From positions 32,596 to 96,595 of the IMG/VR virus record IMGVR_UViG_3300020000_000011: a stretch of DNA of 64,000 nucleotides; one strand, given 5' to 3'. The stretch is from a virus. The notes below the pieces were generated by a model, which ran no database searches, was not told the origin of the DNA, and saw nothing but the letters and a program-made list of their open reading frames with translations. Shown piece after piece: positions 27,031 to 36,767 of the stretch. Numbering within the stretch: the stretch's first letter is position 1; each line of letters opens with the position of its first letter. The position numbers were made by a program, and so were the translations under genes.

Positions 27031-27842
27031 TGGCCAAACAGTTCCTCGTCCCGATCGTCCTTCCCGCGGACCCGACGGCGCCGTTGGAGGCTGCCACGAA
27101 GCAGTACGTCGACGCGCTCGCTGGTGGCGCATCGAGCGACGAGGTGTTCATCGGTCCGGCCGATCCGCGGCCGGGGATCCCGAACATCGAGTTGTGGTAC
27201 GACACTGACGCGCCGACGACGCCGACGACTCCGAACCCGTTGGATGAGGTGTTCATCGGACCGACGGATCCGCACACGCTGTATCCGTCGGTCGAACTCT
27301 GGTACGACGAATCCGACAACTCCAGCGGTGTCGTGTCGACCCCGTACGCCGGGACACCGGCACCGATCGCCGCGACCGGTTCGCCGGGTGTGTCGCCGTT
27401 GTGGGCGCGTGGCGATCACATCCACGCCCGGAACTCGGAGATCTTCCACACCGAGTTCACCGCTGACGTCACGATCACCGCGCTGGCGGTCGGATCCGCC
27501 CAGACGGTCGTCAACCCTGGCACCTTCAGCTACGACGGGTCGCCGATCATGTTGGAGTTCTTCGCCCAGTTGCTCCCCCCGACCGGTGCCAACCTCCAGA
27601 TCTTGCTCAACCTGTTCGACGGCGCCACCGATCTCGGCTACTGGATGCAGTGCATGAACGTCGCTGCGGCTTCGATGGTCGTCCCTGTCCATGCGATGCG
27701 TCGGCTCACCCCGAGCGTCGGTTCACACAACTACCACGTGCGTTCCTTCGTCAGCGCCAGTGGCACTGGCACCGTTCGCGGCGGTCTTGGCAACGCGGCT
27801 GCCGCGTTCGCGCCGGGGTTCATGAGAGCGACGAGGGTCTGA
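27030..27842 (+). CDS. fibre branching protein with two EVFIGP..ELWYD motifs
   Basis: AATKQYVD; duplicated motif; ARGDHIH. Confidence 0.7.
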   Translation: MAKQFLVPIVLPADPTAPLEAATKQYVDALAGGASSDEVFIGPADPRPGIPNIELWYDTDAPTTPTTPNPLDEVFIGPTDPHTLYPSVELWYDESDNSSGVVSTPYAGTPAPIAATGSPGVSPLWARGDHIHARNSEIFHTEFTADVTITALAVGSAQTVVNPGTFSYDGSPIMLEFFAQLLPPTGANLQILLNLFDGATDLGYWMQCMNVAAASMVVPVHAMRRLTPSVGSHNYHVRSFVSASGTGTVRGGLGNAAAAFAPGFMRATRV

Positions 27843-29179
27843 TGGGGACACTCAAAGCGTGGGTCGGCGGCGCCTGGGTGCCGATCGGGGGCGGCTCCGG
27901 CAGCGGTGGTGGCGCGGAAGAAGTGTGGGTCGGTCCGGCCGATCCGGGTACCGTTGGCCCGTTCGAATTGTGGTACGACACCGACGCCTCCGCGCTCCCA
28001 CCAGCGGGTACCGGGTTGCCTCCTGGTGGTGCGGCCGGGACGGTGCTTCGGAAGAAATCGGCGACGGACTTCAACACTGAATGGTTCGCCCCCCCGCTCG
28101 CCGGTCGCAACCTGCTCGACAACGGGCAGATGGCCGTCAACCAGCGACAGAACGCCAACGGTGTCATCTCGCGTATCAGTGACCGCTGGTCGATCCCTAA
28201 CAACGGGGTCGGCGTGACCACCCTCAACTACGGCACGCTCGCCAACTTCGGTGGGTTCTCGTCCGTCGCCTCGCGCCCTCGGCCAGCGAACGTCCAGTTC
28301 GTGCAGATCTCCACCGCCGAAGCGGCGGGTTCGCTCGCCGCTGCCGACTACTGCCAATGGATCCAGACCGTCGAAGGGTTGAACCTCCAGCACCTCAACT
28401 GGGGCAGTGCCGACGCGCAGCCGGTGACGTACAGCTTCGATATTTACTCGACGATCGCCAGCACGTACGTCGTCGAGTTGTACCGCGCCGAAACCACGGC
28501 ACGAGTGATCTCGGCGCTGCTGCCCGTCCCGGCCGGGTGGTCGACACAGTCGGTGACCTTCCCCGGTGACACGGCCGCTGGGATCACCAACGACAACCTG
28601 GGCCGGTTGCAGGTCACCGTGTGGTTGGCAGCGGGATCGAACTACACGTCCGGCACGTTGCAGACGGCGTGGGGCAACGTCGTCCAGACCAACCGTGCCG
28701 TGGGCCTGTCGAACGCCATCCAGGCGACGGTCAACCAGGTCTTCGCTCTGACGAACTGCCAGTTCGAAGTCGGGTCGGCACCGACGCCGTACGAGGTGCT
28801 CCGCTACGACGTCGATCTGGCTCGCTGCCAGCGGTACGCGTTCTACCCGGGCAAGGACATCCCGACTGCCAACTATGTGGTGCTGGGTGGTGGCATGGCG
28901 ACGGCGACAACGTCGGTGGCGTCACTGTTCTGGCTGCCGGTGGCGATGCGAACGGCGCCCACCTGGGACCTGAACGGCACCGCAGCAACGATCTACGGGT
29001 TGCACGATCGCATCGGCACCGCCGGGGCGGTGTCGGCCATCGCACAGGACGTGGTGTCAACGCCGACGGTCGCCGCGCTCCAGTCGACGTGCAACGCCGT
29101 GCTCACTGTCGGTCGCTACTACCAGATGCTCAGGAACTCGGGCCAGGCCGGTTGCGGTGGATGGACGGCGGACATCTGA
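27842..29179 (+). CDS. receptor-binding fibre paralog 1 (GRNL.DNGQM family)
   Basis: RNLLDNGQMAVNQR..DRW...CQFEVG..PTPYE...CQRY. Confidence 0.75.
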   Translation: MGTLKAWVGGAWVPIGGGSGSGGGAEEVWVGPADPGTVGPFELWYDTDASALPPAGTGLPPGGAAGTVLRKKSATDFNTEWFAPPLAGRNLLDNGQMAVNQRQNANGVISRISDRWSIPNNGVGVTTLNYGTLANFGGFSSVASRPRPANVQFVQISTAEAAGSLAAADYCQWIQTVEGLNLQHLNWGSADAQPVTYSFDIYSTIASTYVVELYRAETTARVISALLPVPAGWSTQSVTFPGDTAAGITNDNLGRLQVTVWLAAGSNYTSGTLQTAWGNVVQTNRAVGLSNAIQATVNQVFALTNCQFEVGSAPTPYEVLRYDVDLARCQRYAFYPGKDIPTANYVVLGGGMATATTSVASLFWLPVAMRTAPTWDLNGTAATIYGLHDRIGTAGAVSAIAQDVVSTPTVAALQSTCNAVLTVGRYYQMLRNSGQAGCGGWTADI

Positions 29180-30372
29180 TGGGCGTCCTACGTGTTCTCG
29201 TCAACGGTGTGTGGGTCGACATCGGTGGCGCGTCCGACGAAGTCGTCGTCGGACCGGACGACCCGATCCTTCTCACCCCGACCGCCGAATTGTGGTACGA
29301 CACCGACGCCACCAGCGTCGCTTCGGCACCGCTGTACTCCGGTCGGAACCTTGTCGACAACGGGCAGATGGCCGTGAGGCAACGCCTGGCGACGTCGGTG
29401 GCGATGGGCGCCGCCACGGTGCTCGCCGACCGCTGGTACGTGATGAATAACGGCCTCGGCGCGTCCACTCTGACCCACGGCACGTTGGCCGGGTTCGGTC
29501 AGTTTCCGCCCGCCGGTCGACCACGGCCGGGCAACATGCAGTACATCCAGATGACCACCGCCGAGGCTGCCGGTGCGCTCGCCGCGGGCGATCAACTGCT
29601 GTTCCAACACGCCATCGAAGGGCTGTACCTCCAGCACTTGAACTGGGGCACGGCTGATGCCAAGCCGTTGACGATCAGCTTCGATATCTACTCGTCGATC
29701 GCCACGACCTACGCGGTCGAGTTGATTCGCACCGAGCCAGCGGCGCGTTCGAACTGTCGACTGCTGCCGGTCCCTGCCGGGTTCTCCACCCAGACCTTCA
29801 CCATCTCGGGTGACGCCGCCGGGACGGCGGTCACCAACGACAACGCGGCCCGGTTGTACTTCATCGTCTGGATCGGGGCCGGGTCGACCGCAACGTCGGG
29901 CGTGATGCAGAGCGGATGGGCACCGGCCGTGTCGGCGAACCGTGCTGTCGGGATCTCCAACGCCTTCGCGGCGACGGTCGGCAACGTCGTGGGGATCACC
30001 AACGTGCAGATCGAGGCCGGGTCGCAAGCCACGCCGTACGAGGTGCGCGGCTACGACCAAGAATTGATGAAGTGCATGCGCTACTTCCGTCAGACCGAGA
30101 GGTCATCCAACCTCCACGGTGAAGGCGGCTGGTACGGCTACAGCCCATCAGCGATGACCTTCATGCACAACATCCCCTTCCCAGTGCCAATGCGAACTAC
30201 ACCGTCAAGAACCTTCCGGGGTACCTTCGCCAACAACGGGCAGGTCGCCTCGCATGATGTCCTCGTCAACTCGACGTCGTACACGATCTCGATCGCAACG
30301 GTCGCTGCGGCGGGCAACTGGGCGATCTACAGCAACAACAACGGCTACCTAGAGTTCTCGGCGGAAATCTGA
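29179..30372 (+). CDS. receptor-binding fibre paralog 2
   Basis: Paralog of 27842..29179 with a different C-terminal tip. Confidence 0.75.
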   Translation: MGVLRVLVNGVWVDIGGASDEVVVGPDDPILLTPTAELWYDTDATSVASAPLYSGRNLVDNGQMAVRQRLATSVAMGAATVLADRWYVMNNGLGASTLTHGTLAGFGQFPPAGRPRPGNMQYIQMTTAEAAGALAAGDQLLFQHAIEGLYLQHLNWGTADAKPLTISFDIYSSIATTYAVELIRTEPAARSNCRLLPVPAGFSTQTFTISGDAAGTAVTNDNAARLYFIVWIGAGSTATSGVMQSGWAPAVSANRAVGISNAFAATVGNVVGITNVQIEAGSQATPYEVRGYDQELMKCMRYFRQTERSSNLHGEGGWYGYSPSAMTFMHNIPFPVPMRTTPSRTFRGTFANNGQVASHDVLVNSTSYTISIATVAAAGNWAIYSNNNGYLEFSAEI

Positions 30373-31058
30373 TGGGCGTCCTCCGTGTTCGTGCCGGTGG
30401 CACTTGGGTCGACGTCGGTGGTGGCAGCGACCCGATCTGGGTCGACCCTTCGGCACCGACCGATCCGAGCTACGAGTTGTGGTACGACACCGACGCCAAC
30501 GCGTCGCTCGCCACGAGTGGCGGGTTGGATGGGTCGAAACCGGCAGCGGCTCCGGCGCTCGCCGGGATGCACTACTTCGCGACCGACACGGGTCGCGACT
30601 GGTTGTGTGACGGGACCGGATGGATTGTCATGTCCGAACCCGACCAGCCGTGGGTGGTGACAACGACGAACGTGTCGTTCGGTGGTGGCGGCGGGTCGGT
30701 GAACTCGACGTTCCATCGCAGCGACGGCTACTGCGACGCGCTGCTCATCATGGGCCTCGGCTCGTCGACGTCGGGGAGCATCGGTACCGGCCCGACGTTC
30801 ACGCTGCCGCGAGCGTCGCACGCCAACGAGGTGCTGAACGTGATCGGCCAGTTCTCGTTCTACGACGCGACCGGCCCGGTGTTCTCGCTCGACCCGTTGT
30901 TGGTCACTCCCACCTACTTCGAACCACGGTTCCTTGCCACGGTGGGCAGCGGTGCACCGGCGCTCGGGCAGATCGGGGCGACGTACCCGGCAGCGATCGG
31001 TGTCAACGACTCGTTCTTCGCCAGGCTCCGCTACCGCATGGCAACGAGGTACCTCTGA
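30372..31058 (+). CDS. minor fibre/receptor-binding protein
   Basis: MGVLRV..W N-terminus, ELWYDTDA, YFATDT.RDWLCDGTGWI.MSEP. Confidence 0.7.
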   Translation: MGVLRVRAGGTWVDVGGGSDPIWVDPSAPTDPSYELWYDTDANASLATSGGLDGSKPAAAPALAGMHYFATDTGRDWLCDGTGWIVMSEPDQPWVVTTTNVSFGGGGGSVNSTFHRSDGYCDALLIMGLGSSTSGSIGTGPTFTLPRASHANEVLNVIGQFSFYDATGPVFSLDPLLVTPTYFEPRFLATVGSGAPALGQIGATYPAAIGVNDSFFARLRYRMATRYL

Positions 31059-32092
31059 TGGGTGTGCTACGCGTCAAGGTCGCCGGGCAGTGGATCGACG
31101 TCGGCACGTCGACGGTGGCGCTCGCCGCCGGGCGCAACCTGCTCGACAACGGCCAGATGGCCGTCAAGCAACGAGCCACGACCGGGTTCGCTCTCTCCAG
31201 TGCGCTGCAATTCCTGTCCGACCGGTGGGGGCTGTACAACAACGGCGTCGGTGTCATCAACGTCGGCGTCGCCGCGTTCGGTGCCGGTGCCCTCGCCGCT
31301 GGTCGGCCGCGTCCCGGCAACCAGCAATACTTCACGGTCGCCACCGGTGAGGCTGCCGGTGCGCTCGCCGTCGGCGATTACTGGCAGATCGCCCAAGGCA
31401 TCGAGGGCCAGTTCCTTCAGCACTTGAACTGGGGCACACCGGGAGCGCAATCGTTGACCGTCAGTTTCGACATCTACTCGTCGGTCGCCGGGAACTACGT
31501 CGTTGAGTTGTACCGGCAAGAGACGGCGCAGCGTTCGATCTCGGCGCTCGTCACTGTCCCGGCGGGGTGGTCGACGCAATCGGTGACCTTCCCCGGCGAC
31601 ACGGCCGCTGGGATCACCAACGACAACGCATCGCGGTTGGTCCTCGTCCTCGCGCTCACGGGCGGATCGACGTACACGTCGGGCGTGTTGCAATCCTCGT
31701 GGGGGGCGGTGGTCAACGCCAACCGTTGGCCCGGGATGACGAACACCATCGCTGCCACCGCGGGCAACCAGATCGTCGTGACCAACGTCCAGATGGAAAT
31801 CGGCACCCAGGCGACCCCGTACGAAGTGCGCGACTACGTCCAAGAGTTACAGAAGTGCAGGCGCTATTTCGAGACGACGGGGTACGTGTTGAACGCCACG
31901 GTGCCTCCGTATATCCCAGGATACTGGACGGCGCAGAAACGTGCGATCCCGACGGTCACCCACGCCCCGCAAGCTGGCACCGGTGCAGTGTTCAACATCG
32001 TCGCGGGCTACGGCGAAGGGTCGATGTTCTACCAGAACTCCAACCACTCGGTCGCCGCGCTCACCCTCGTCACCGGAAACTCGGAGATCTGA
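31058..32092 (+). CDS. receptor-binding fibre paralog 3
   Basis: Paralog of 27842 and 29179 genes. Confidence 0.75.
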   Translation: MGVLRVKVAGQWIDVGTSTVALAAGRNLLDNGQMAVKQRATTGFALSSALQFLSDRWGLYNNGVGVINVGVAAFGAGALAAGRPRPGNQQYFTVATGEAAGALAVGDYWQIAQGIEGQFLQHLNWGTPGAQSLTVSFDIYSSVAGNYVVELYRQETAQRSISALVTVPAGWSTQSVTFPGDTAAGITNDNASRLVLVLALTGGSTYTSGVLQSSWGAVVNANRWPGMTNTIAATAGNQIVVTNVQMEIGTQATPYEVRDYVQELQKCRRYFETTGYVLNATVPPYIPGYWTAQKRAIPTVTHAPQAGTGAVFNIVAGYGEGSMFYQNSNHSVAALTLVTGNSEI

Positions 32093-32322
32093 TGCCCGGC
32101 GCACTGTTCGCGTGGGTCGGTGGGGCGTGGGTCCCGATCGGTGGGCAAGGCGCGTTCCCTCCCGTACCACCGGCGCAAGTTGGGCCGGTCGCTCCGGCGT
32201 CGCCGACATCGGGGATGTTGTGGTGGGACACTGCCGACACATCGGTCGACAACGGTGTCGACGTCGACGGCGGCAGCCCCGCTTCGTCGAGCACCGACAC
32301 GATCGACTGTGGGCCACCATGA
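32092..32322 (+). CDS. small fibre adaptor protein
   Basis: AWVGGAWVP N-terminus, GMLWWDT, C-terminal VDGG/IDCG. Confidence 0.65.
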   Translation: MPGALFAWVGGAWVPIGGQGAFPPVPPAQVGPVAPASPTSGMLWWDTADTSVDNGVDVDGGSPASSSTDTIDCGPP

Positions 32323-32870
32323 CCCGGTTGCAGATGCGGCGCGGCACCAGCGCGCAGTGGGCGTCGGCGAACCCGATCCTCGCCGCCGGTGAACCCGGTC
32401 TGGACACGACGACCGGTCTGATGAAGGTCGGTGACGGGCGCACCGTGTGGGCGGCGCTCGTGGCCGAGTGGGCACCGGCGTAGATGATCGCCAGCACACC
32501 ACGAGGCGTGACCGCTGCCGGGATCGGATCGGCGATCAACGGCATCGCCATCAACGCGTCGAACACCTACCTGTGCAGTCTGTTGACGTTCACGTTCGAC
32601 ATCACCCGCCGTTATCGGGTCTGGTACGTGATCCGTGCGATCACCGCCGGGTTCATCAACTTCGGTCTGTATAGCCCCACGCTGGGCGGCTCGATCGGTG
32701 GCGACCAGTGGATGTCCGCCGACCGCAGTTACGGCGGCGCGACGTTCACGTGGTTGATCAGCGGAGTCGGCGGTGCCATCCAGTTCGCGCCTCGCGTCAG
32801 CACCAACTACCTGACCGGGGTCACGGTCTACGGTCGGGATTTCTACGTCGAAGATGTTGGAGCGGCCTGA
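32319..32870 (+). pseudogene. Mtd_N-type fibre protein interrupted by in-frame TAG at 32481-32483 (or split/readthrough gene)
   Basis: Both halves align collinearly with paralog 33502..34194; TAG sits at the position of Ser (TCG). Confidence 0.65.
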
Positions 32871-33502
32871 TGCCTGACAGCGCGATTGCCTCACTGACAG
32901 CACTGACCGTGTTGGCCTCGGTCGACGAGTTCGTGATCGTCGACAAGTCCGACGCGACGATGGCAGCGTCGGGCACCACGAAGCGGATGACGGTGGCGGC
33001 GTTGCTCGCCGACCCGCTGTTCCTCAACGCCGGGTTGGAAGCTGCGAAACCGGCAGCCGTCGCGGCGTTGGCCGGGCGTCGTTACTTCGCCACTGACACG
33101 TTGCGCGACTGGCTGTGCGACGGCACCGGCTGGATCATCATGTCGGAGCCGACTATCACAACCCATGCACCCAACCTGGTGGCAAACGCTGGAACGCTCA
33201 CCACGGTCGGGGCGCAATCGTTCCGCTACAGCCGCAGTTGTGGCTGGGTTAGATGGGGAGCATCGTTCGCAATCACGACGAACGGCACCGGCGCAGGGTC
33301 GCTGGGTTTCACGCTGCCTGTGGCGACCGCTTCACGCGTCATCGGTACGGGACGAGAGGACAACCTCAACGGCCACATGCTCAACTGCACCGGGTCTGGG
33401 ACGTTGGGGGGCATCGGCAAGTACGACAACACGTACCCAGGAGCCAATGGCTGCTTGCTCAATGTCGGTGGCTCATACGAGATGGCGTCGAGGTATACCT
33501 GA
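32870..33502 (+). CDS. minor fibre/receptor-binding protein
   Basis: MPDSAIASL N-terminus; shares YFATDT.RDWLCDGTGWI.MSEP with 30372..31058. Confidence 0.7.
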   Translation: MPDSAIASLTALTVLASVDEFVIVDKSDATMAASGTTKRMTVAALLADPLFLNAGLEAAKPAAVAALAGRRYFATDTLRDWLCDGTGWIIMSEPTITTHAPNLVANAGTLTTVGAQSFRYSRSCGWVRWGASFAITTNGTGAGSLGFTLPVATASRVIGTGREDNLNGHMLNCTGSGTLGGIGKYDNTYPGANGCLLNVGGSYEMASRYT

Positions 33503-34194
33503 TGGCCGACGGGCTGCTTCGCGAGGACGGCGGGAAACTGCTGACCGAGGACGGCGGTTCGATCCTGCTCGCACCCGTCGTGGTGATCCCTCCCCCGCAG
33601 CACGTTGCTCGGACGGTCCCGCGCAGGATCCCGAAACTCCAGTTCCGTCGCGGCAACACCGCCGAGTGGGCGACAGCCAACCCGGTCCTCGCCCAAGGCG
33701 AACCCGGGGTTGATCTCGATACCGGCGACTTCAAGATCGGCGACGGCGCCACCGCTTGGAACTCGCTGCCGTTGCCGTACGCGCCACTGTCGTTCCAGAC
33801 GAGCGCACCACGCGGGGTCGTCGCCACCGGTGTCGCATTCGACCCGGTGACCATCGCTACGGCGGGCGCGCAGGTCGATCTCACCGGCTCGATCCGCTAC
33901 GAGTTCGACCCGACCCGGCTGTACCGGATCAACTACACCATCCGAGCAATGTCTGGCGCGGCGGCTGGCAAGGTGGCGGGCACGTTGCAGTTCTGGCTGT
34001 GGAACATGATCACCGGCCAGAACGGTGTCGATCAGATCGTCGCCACCGACACCGCTTACTACAGTGGCGCTGCCTACACGTTCCTGTTCACCGCCAACGG
34101 GCTGATGGAACTTCGGATCCGCACCAGCACGTACGGCAACGTGATGACGATCTACGGACGCGACTACTACATCGAAGACATCGGTGCCCTATGA
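33502..34194 (+). CDS. Mtd_N-domain fibre protein
   Basis: LLREDGGKLLTEDGG; RRGNTAEWATANPVLAQGEPG.D.DTG.FKIGDG.TAWNSL. Confidence 0.75.
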   Translation: MADGLLREDGGKLLTEDGGSILLAPVVVIPPPQHVARTVPRRIPKLQFRRGNTAEWATANPVLAQGEPGVDLDTGDFKIGDGATAWNSLPLPYAPLSFQTSAPRGVVATGVAFDPVTIATAGAQVDLTGSIRYEFDPTRLYRINYTIRAMSGAAAGKVAGTLQFWLWNMITGQNGVDQIVATDTAYYSGAAYTFLFTANGLMELRIRTSTYGNVMTIYGRDYYIEDIGAL

Positions 34195-34706
34195 GCAAGA
34201 TCCGACTCCGCCGCGGCACCACCACCGAGTGGACGTTGGCGAACCCTGTGCTCGCCGCGGGTGAACCAGGCGTGGACACCACAACCGGCGTGTTGAAGAT
34301 CGGAGACGGGTCGACGGCATGGCTGTCACTTCCCACCCCGTACGCCGCTGGATCGTCTCTGGTGCCTCTCCAGGCGGCAATCATCGGTACTCCGTGGGCC
34401 GCGCCGCCGTTCACCACCGGGTGGCAGACGTACGGTGGCGGCTACCAGAACTGCGGGTACCGCAAGATCGGCGATCTCGTGTACCTCCGGGGGCTGCTCC
34501 AAGCGACCACCGGTGTCACCTCGACGGCGTGGACGTTCCCCGCCGGGTTCCGGCCACCGCTCACCGCGTTGACGGGAATGATGACGTCGGCCGGTGCCTG
34601 GCGTCGCGTCGACATCACCACGGCCGGTGCTTTCAACGTCACCAGCCCGGCGGTCGGCGAGTGGTTCGCTCTCGAAACCGTTCCTCCGTTCTCGGTGACG
34701 CCATGA
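34191..34706 (+). CDS. Mtd_N-domain receptor-binding protein
   Basis: RRGTT.EW..ANPVLAAGEPG...KIGDG; YRKIGDLVYLRGL...P.GFRP head. Confidence 0.75.
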   Translation: MSKIRLRRGTTTEWTLANPVLAAGEPGVDTTTGVLKIGDGSTAWLSLPTPYAAGSSLVPLQAAIIGTPWAAPPFTTGWQTYGGGYQNCGYRKIGDLVYLRGLLQATTGVTSTAWTFPAGFRPPLTALTGMMTSAGAWRRVDITTAGAFNVTSPAVGEWFALETVPPFSVTP

Positions 34707-35158
34707 GCCGACTGAAGATCTACGACATGGCCACCGGCACGTGGCAGTACGCCGGGACGGTCGACCCTGCGGCGCTCGCTGCCGACCCGGCGTTCCGCAA
34801 CGCGCTGGCCAGCGACCCGGTGCTGATCGCTGCCATCTCGGCGTCGCTCGCTTCGGTCGTCCGACCCTCGACCGTCGCCGCGGTGACACCGGTGCTCGGC
34901 GACGAGAACTGTCTGATCACTCTGTCGAACGCGTTGGCGATCACGATCACGTTGCCGTCGAACGCGACGGTGCCGTTCAAGGTCAACTCCGAGATCAGCT
35001 ACCTGTGGCTCGGCGTCGGGCAACCATCGTTCGTTGCCGGTGCCGGAGCGACCGTGAACGCGACACCAGGGTTGAAGCTGCGCGCCCAGTACAGCGCAGC
35101 GACAGCGAAGAAGATCGCCACCGATGCGTGGGTCGTGATGGGAGACGTCGGTGCGTAG
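34703..35158 (+). CDS. fibre adaptor protein
   Basis: MSRLKIYD..TGTWQY N-terminus; C-terminal domain near-identical to 36768..37268. Confidence 0.7.
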   Translation: MSRLKIYDMATGTWQYAGTVDPAALAADPAFRNALASDPVLIAAISASLASVVRPSTVAAVTPVLGDENCLITLSNALAITITLPSNATVPFKVNSEISYLWLGVGQPSFVAGAGATVNATPGLKLRAQYSAATAKKIATDAWVVMGDVGA

Positions 35159-36755
35159 CGCAGTCGGAGTTGTCGCCTCAGCAGTCGTGATCACGCTGTA
35201 CCCACCGACGTCGGTGACAGCGGTGTACGTGCCTGCCGGAACGAAGGTCACCGTCGCGTGGGTGCCACCGGATCTGACCGGCGCCGACACGTGGGTGGTC
35301 CGCCGCTTCGACGGCACAGTCGTCGCTACGGTGCCTGTGGGCACGCTGACGGTCGACGACGGCTCGCCGGTGCCCGGAACAGGCACGTACAGCGTCGAGG
35401 GCGTCCAGGGCGCCTACACAGGCTCCAAGGCGTTCTCGGCGTCGATGACGATCAGCTTGCAACCGGCCACCGCGACGGCGACCGTGTCGGGCGAAACGAT
35501 CATCGTCAACTGGACCGCCGGACCGCAGGGCGACCCTGATGCGTGGTACATCTACAACGCCACCGAAGGCGGCTGGCTGGCGACCGGCCTCGCCGGATCA
35601 GCGCGGACGTTCACGACACCGGCGATGACACCGGGCCGGGTGTTCACGATCGGCGTGTGGCCGTACCTGTCCGGCGCGCAGGCCACCGGCCGCAACACCA
35701 ACACCGCAGGGATCCCACCACGAGTCACCCGCCCGCAAACCTGGGGACCGGTCGGACTCAACACGTTGCAGTACACGTTCTGGGGACCGGCAGCCGGACT
35801 CGCCGACAACTACGACATCGACTACTACATCTCGTCGTGGGTGCCGTGGATCTACGGCACGACCTCGGGTGGCCCACACAACCTCGGCACCGGATCCCCG
35901 GCGTACGTGCGCTCCCGAACGAACTCGCAGGGCATGTCGAGTGGGTGGACACAGTCCGGGCCTGCGACCCCGACCACCGACGTCACCGGCCCACCATCGA
36001 CCGCCATCACCATCGGCGCATGGGACGTCAACCAAGCCGCGTACAACGTGTCGTGGCCCGCCCACTACGACTCGTCCGGCAACGGCGTCACCAGGTTCCA
36101 GTACAACATCAACAGTGGTGGCTGGCAGGAATCCGGCGTCGCCTACCCGGCCGGTCCGGCCTACTCGGGTCTGGTCGGCGGCTTCGGTCGCGGTGTCACC
36201 GTCAGCTTCCGACTGCGAATGACCGACGCTCTCGGCAACACCACGTACGGTCCGGCGACGGGAACGGTGTGGACCCGACCGCTCGGCGGGTTCATCGCCT
36301 ACGCCAACAACAGCTACACGTGGGGCAACGTCTCGGGCTTCGGTTGGATGGGCAACGACCGCTGCGTCGGCGGCAGCTACGGCGGCAACGAGAACTACGG
36401 GTTCTGGTGGTACGGCGCGAACATCACCAACATCTGCAAGACGTTCACGCCGGACCGCATGTTCTTCTGGTCGCAGAAGGTGTCCGGCTTGTCGTCCGCC
36501 GGTACCGCCTACCTCGCCGTGCACAACCAGGCCAACTACGACGGCACCGTCCCCGGCGTCGGTGGGATCTTCCACGCGCCCAGCTTGGCGGTCGTGGCCG
36601 ACAACACCCAGTTCGGTGCAGGCTGGTACCCGGGGTTCGCCAACGGCCAGAACGCGGGCGCCTGCGTCGTCGGCAACGGCCAACCGTTCAAGGCGCTGTA
36701 CGGCAAGAACGAAGCGTCCGATTCGGGCGCCATCACGATCTACTTCGATGCGTAA
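35151..36755 (+). CDS. fibronectin type III-repeat minor tail protein
   Basis: Repeated V.W.......Y.V patterns; aromatic-rich C-terminal domain. Confidence 0.7.
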   Translation: MRSAVGVVASAVVITLYPPTSVTAVYVPAGTKVTVAWVPPDLTGADTWVVRRFDGTVVATVPVGTLTVDDGSPVPGTGTYSVEGVQGAYTGSKAFSASMTISLQPATATATVSGETIIVNWTAGPQGDPDAWYIYNATEGGWLATGLAGSARTFTTPAMTPGRVFTIGVWPYLSGAQATGRNTNTAGIPPRVTRPQTWGPVGLNTLQYTFWGPAAGLADNYDIDYYISSWVPWIYGTTSGGPHNLGTGSPAYVRSRTNSQGMSSGWTQSGPATPTTDVTGPPSTAITIGAWDVNQAAYNVSWPAHYDSSGNGVTRFQYNINSGGWQESGVAYPAGPAYSGLVGGFGRGVTVSFRLRMTDALGNTTYGPATGTVWTRPLGGFIAYANNSYTWGNVSGFGWMGNDRCVGGSYGGNENYGFWWYGANITNICKTFTPDRMFFWSQKVSGLSSAGTAYLAVHNQANYDGTVPGVGGIFHAPSLAVVADNTQFGAGWYPGFANGQNAGACVVGNGQPFKALYGKNEASDSGAITIYFDA

Positions 36756-36767
36756 AGGGGGAACCAG

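Noticed and set aside
32481-32483. Genome-wide TAG recoding
   Set aside because: Many genes end cleanly at TAG (e.g. 14434, 18079, 22826, 39611, 40680), and neither tRNA is a suppressor.
32665-33500. TATA at 32670 and 33494 as copies of the dispersed motif
   Set aside because: They lack a TA at 6 or 8 nt on either strand; 37281 (N9) and 50461 (N7) were also excluded.
27842-34706. Diversity-generating retroelement suggested by Mtd_N domains and repeated DNA
   Set aside because: No reverse transcriptase ORF in the window; mismatches in the 72-nt repeat pair compared are synonymous and not adenine-specific; the repeats lie mid-gene rather than as a TR/VR pair.
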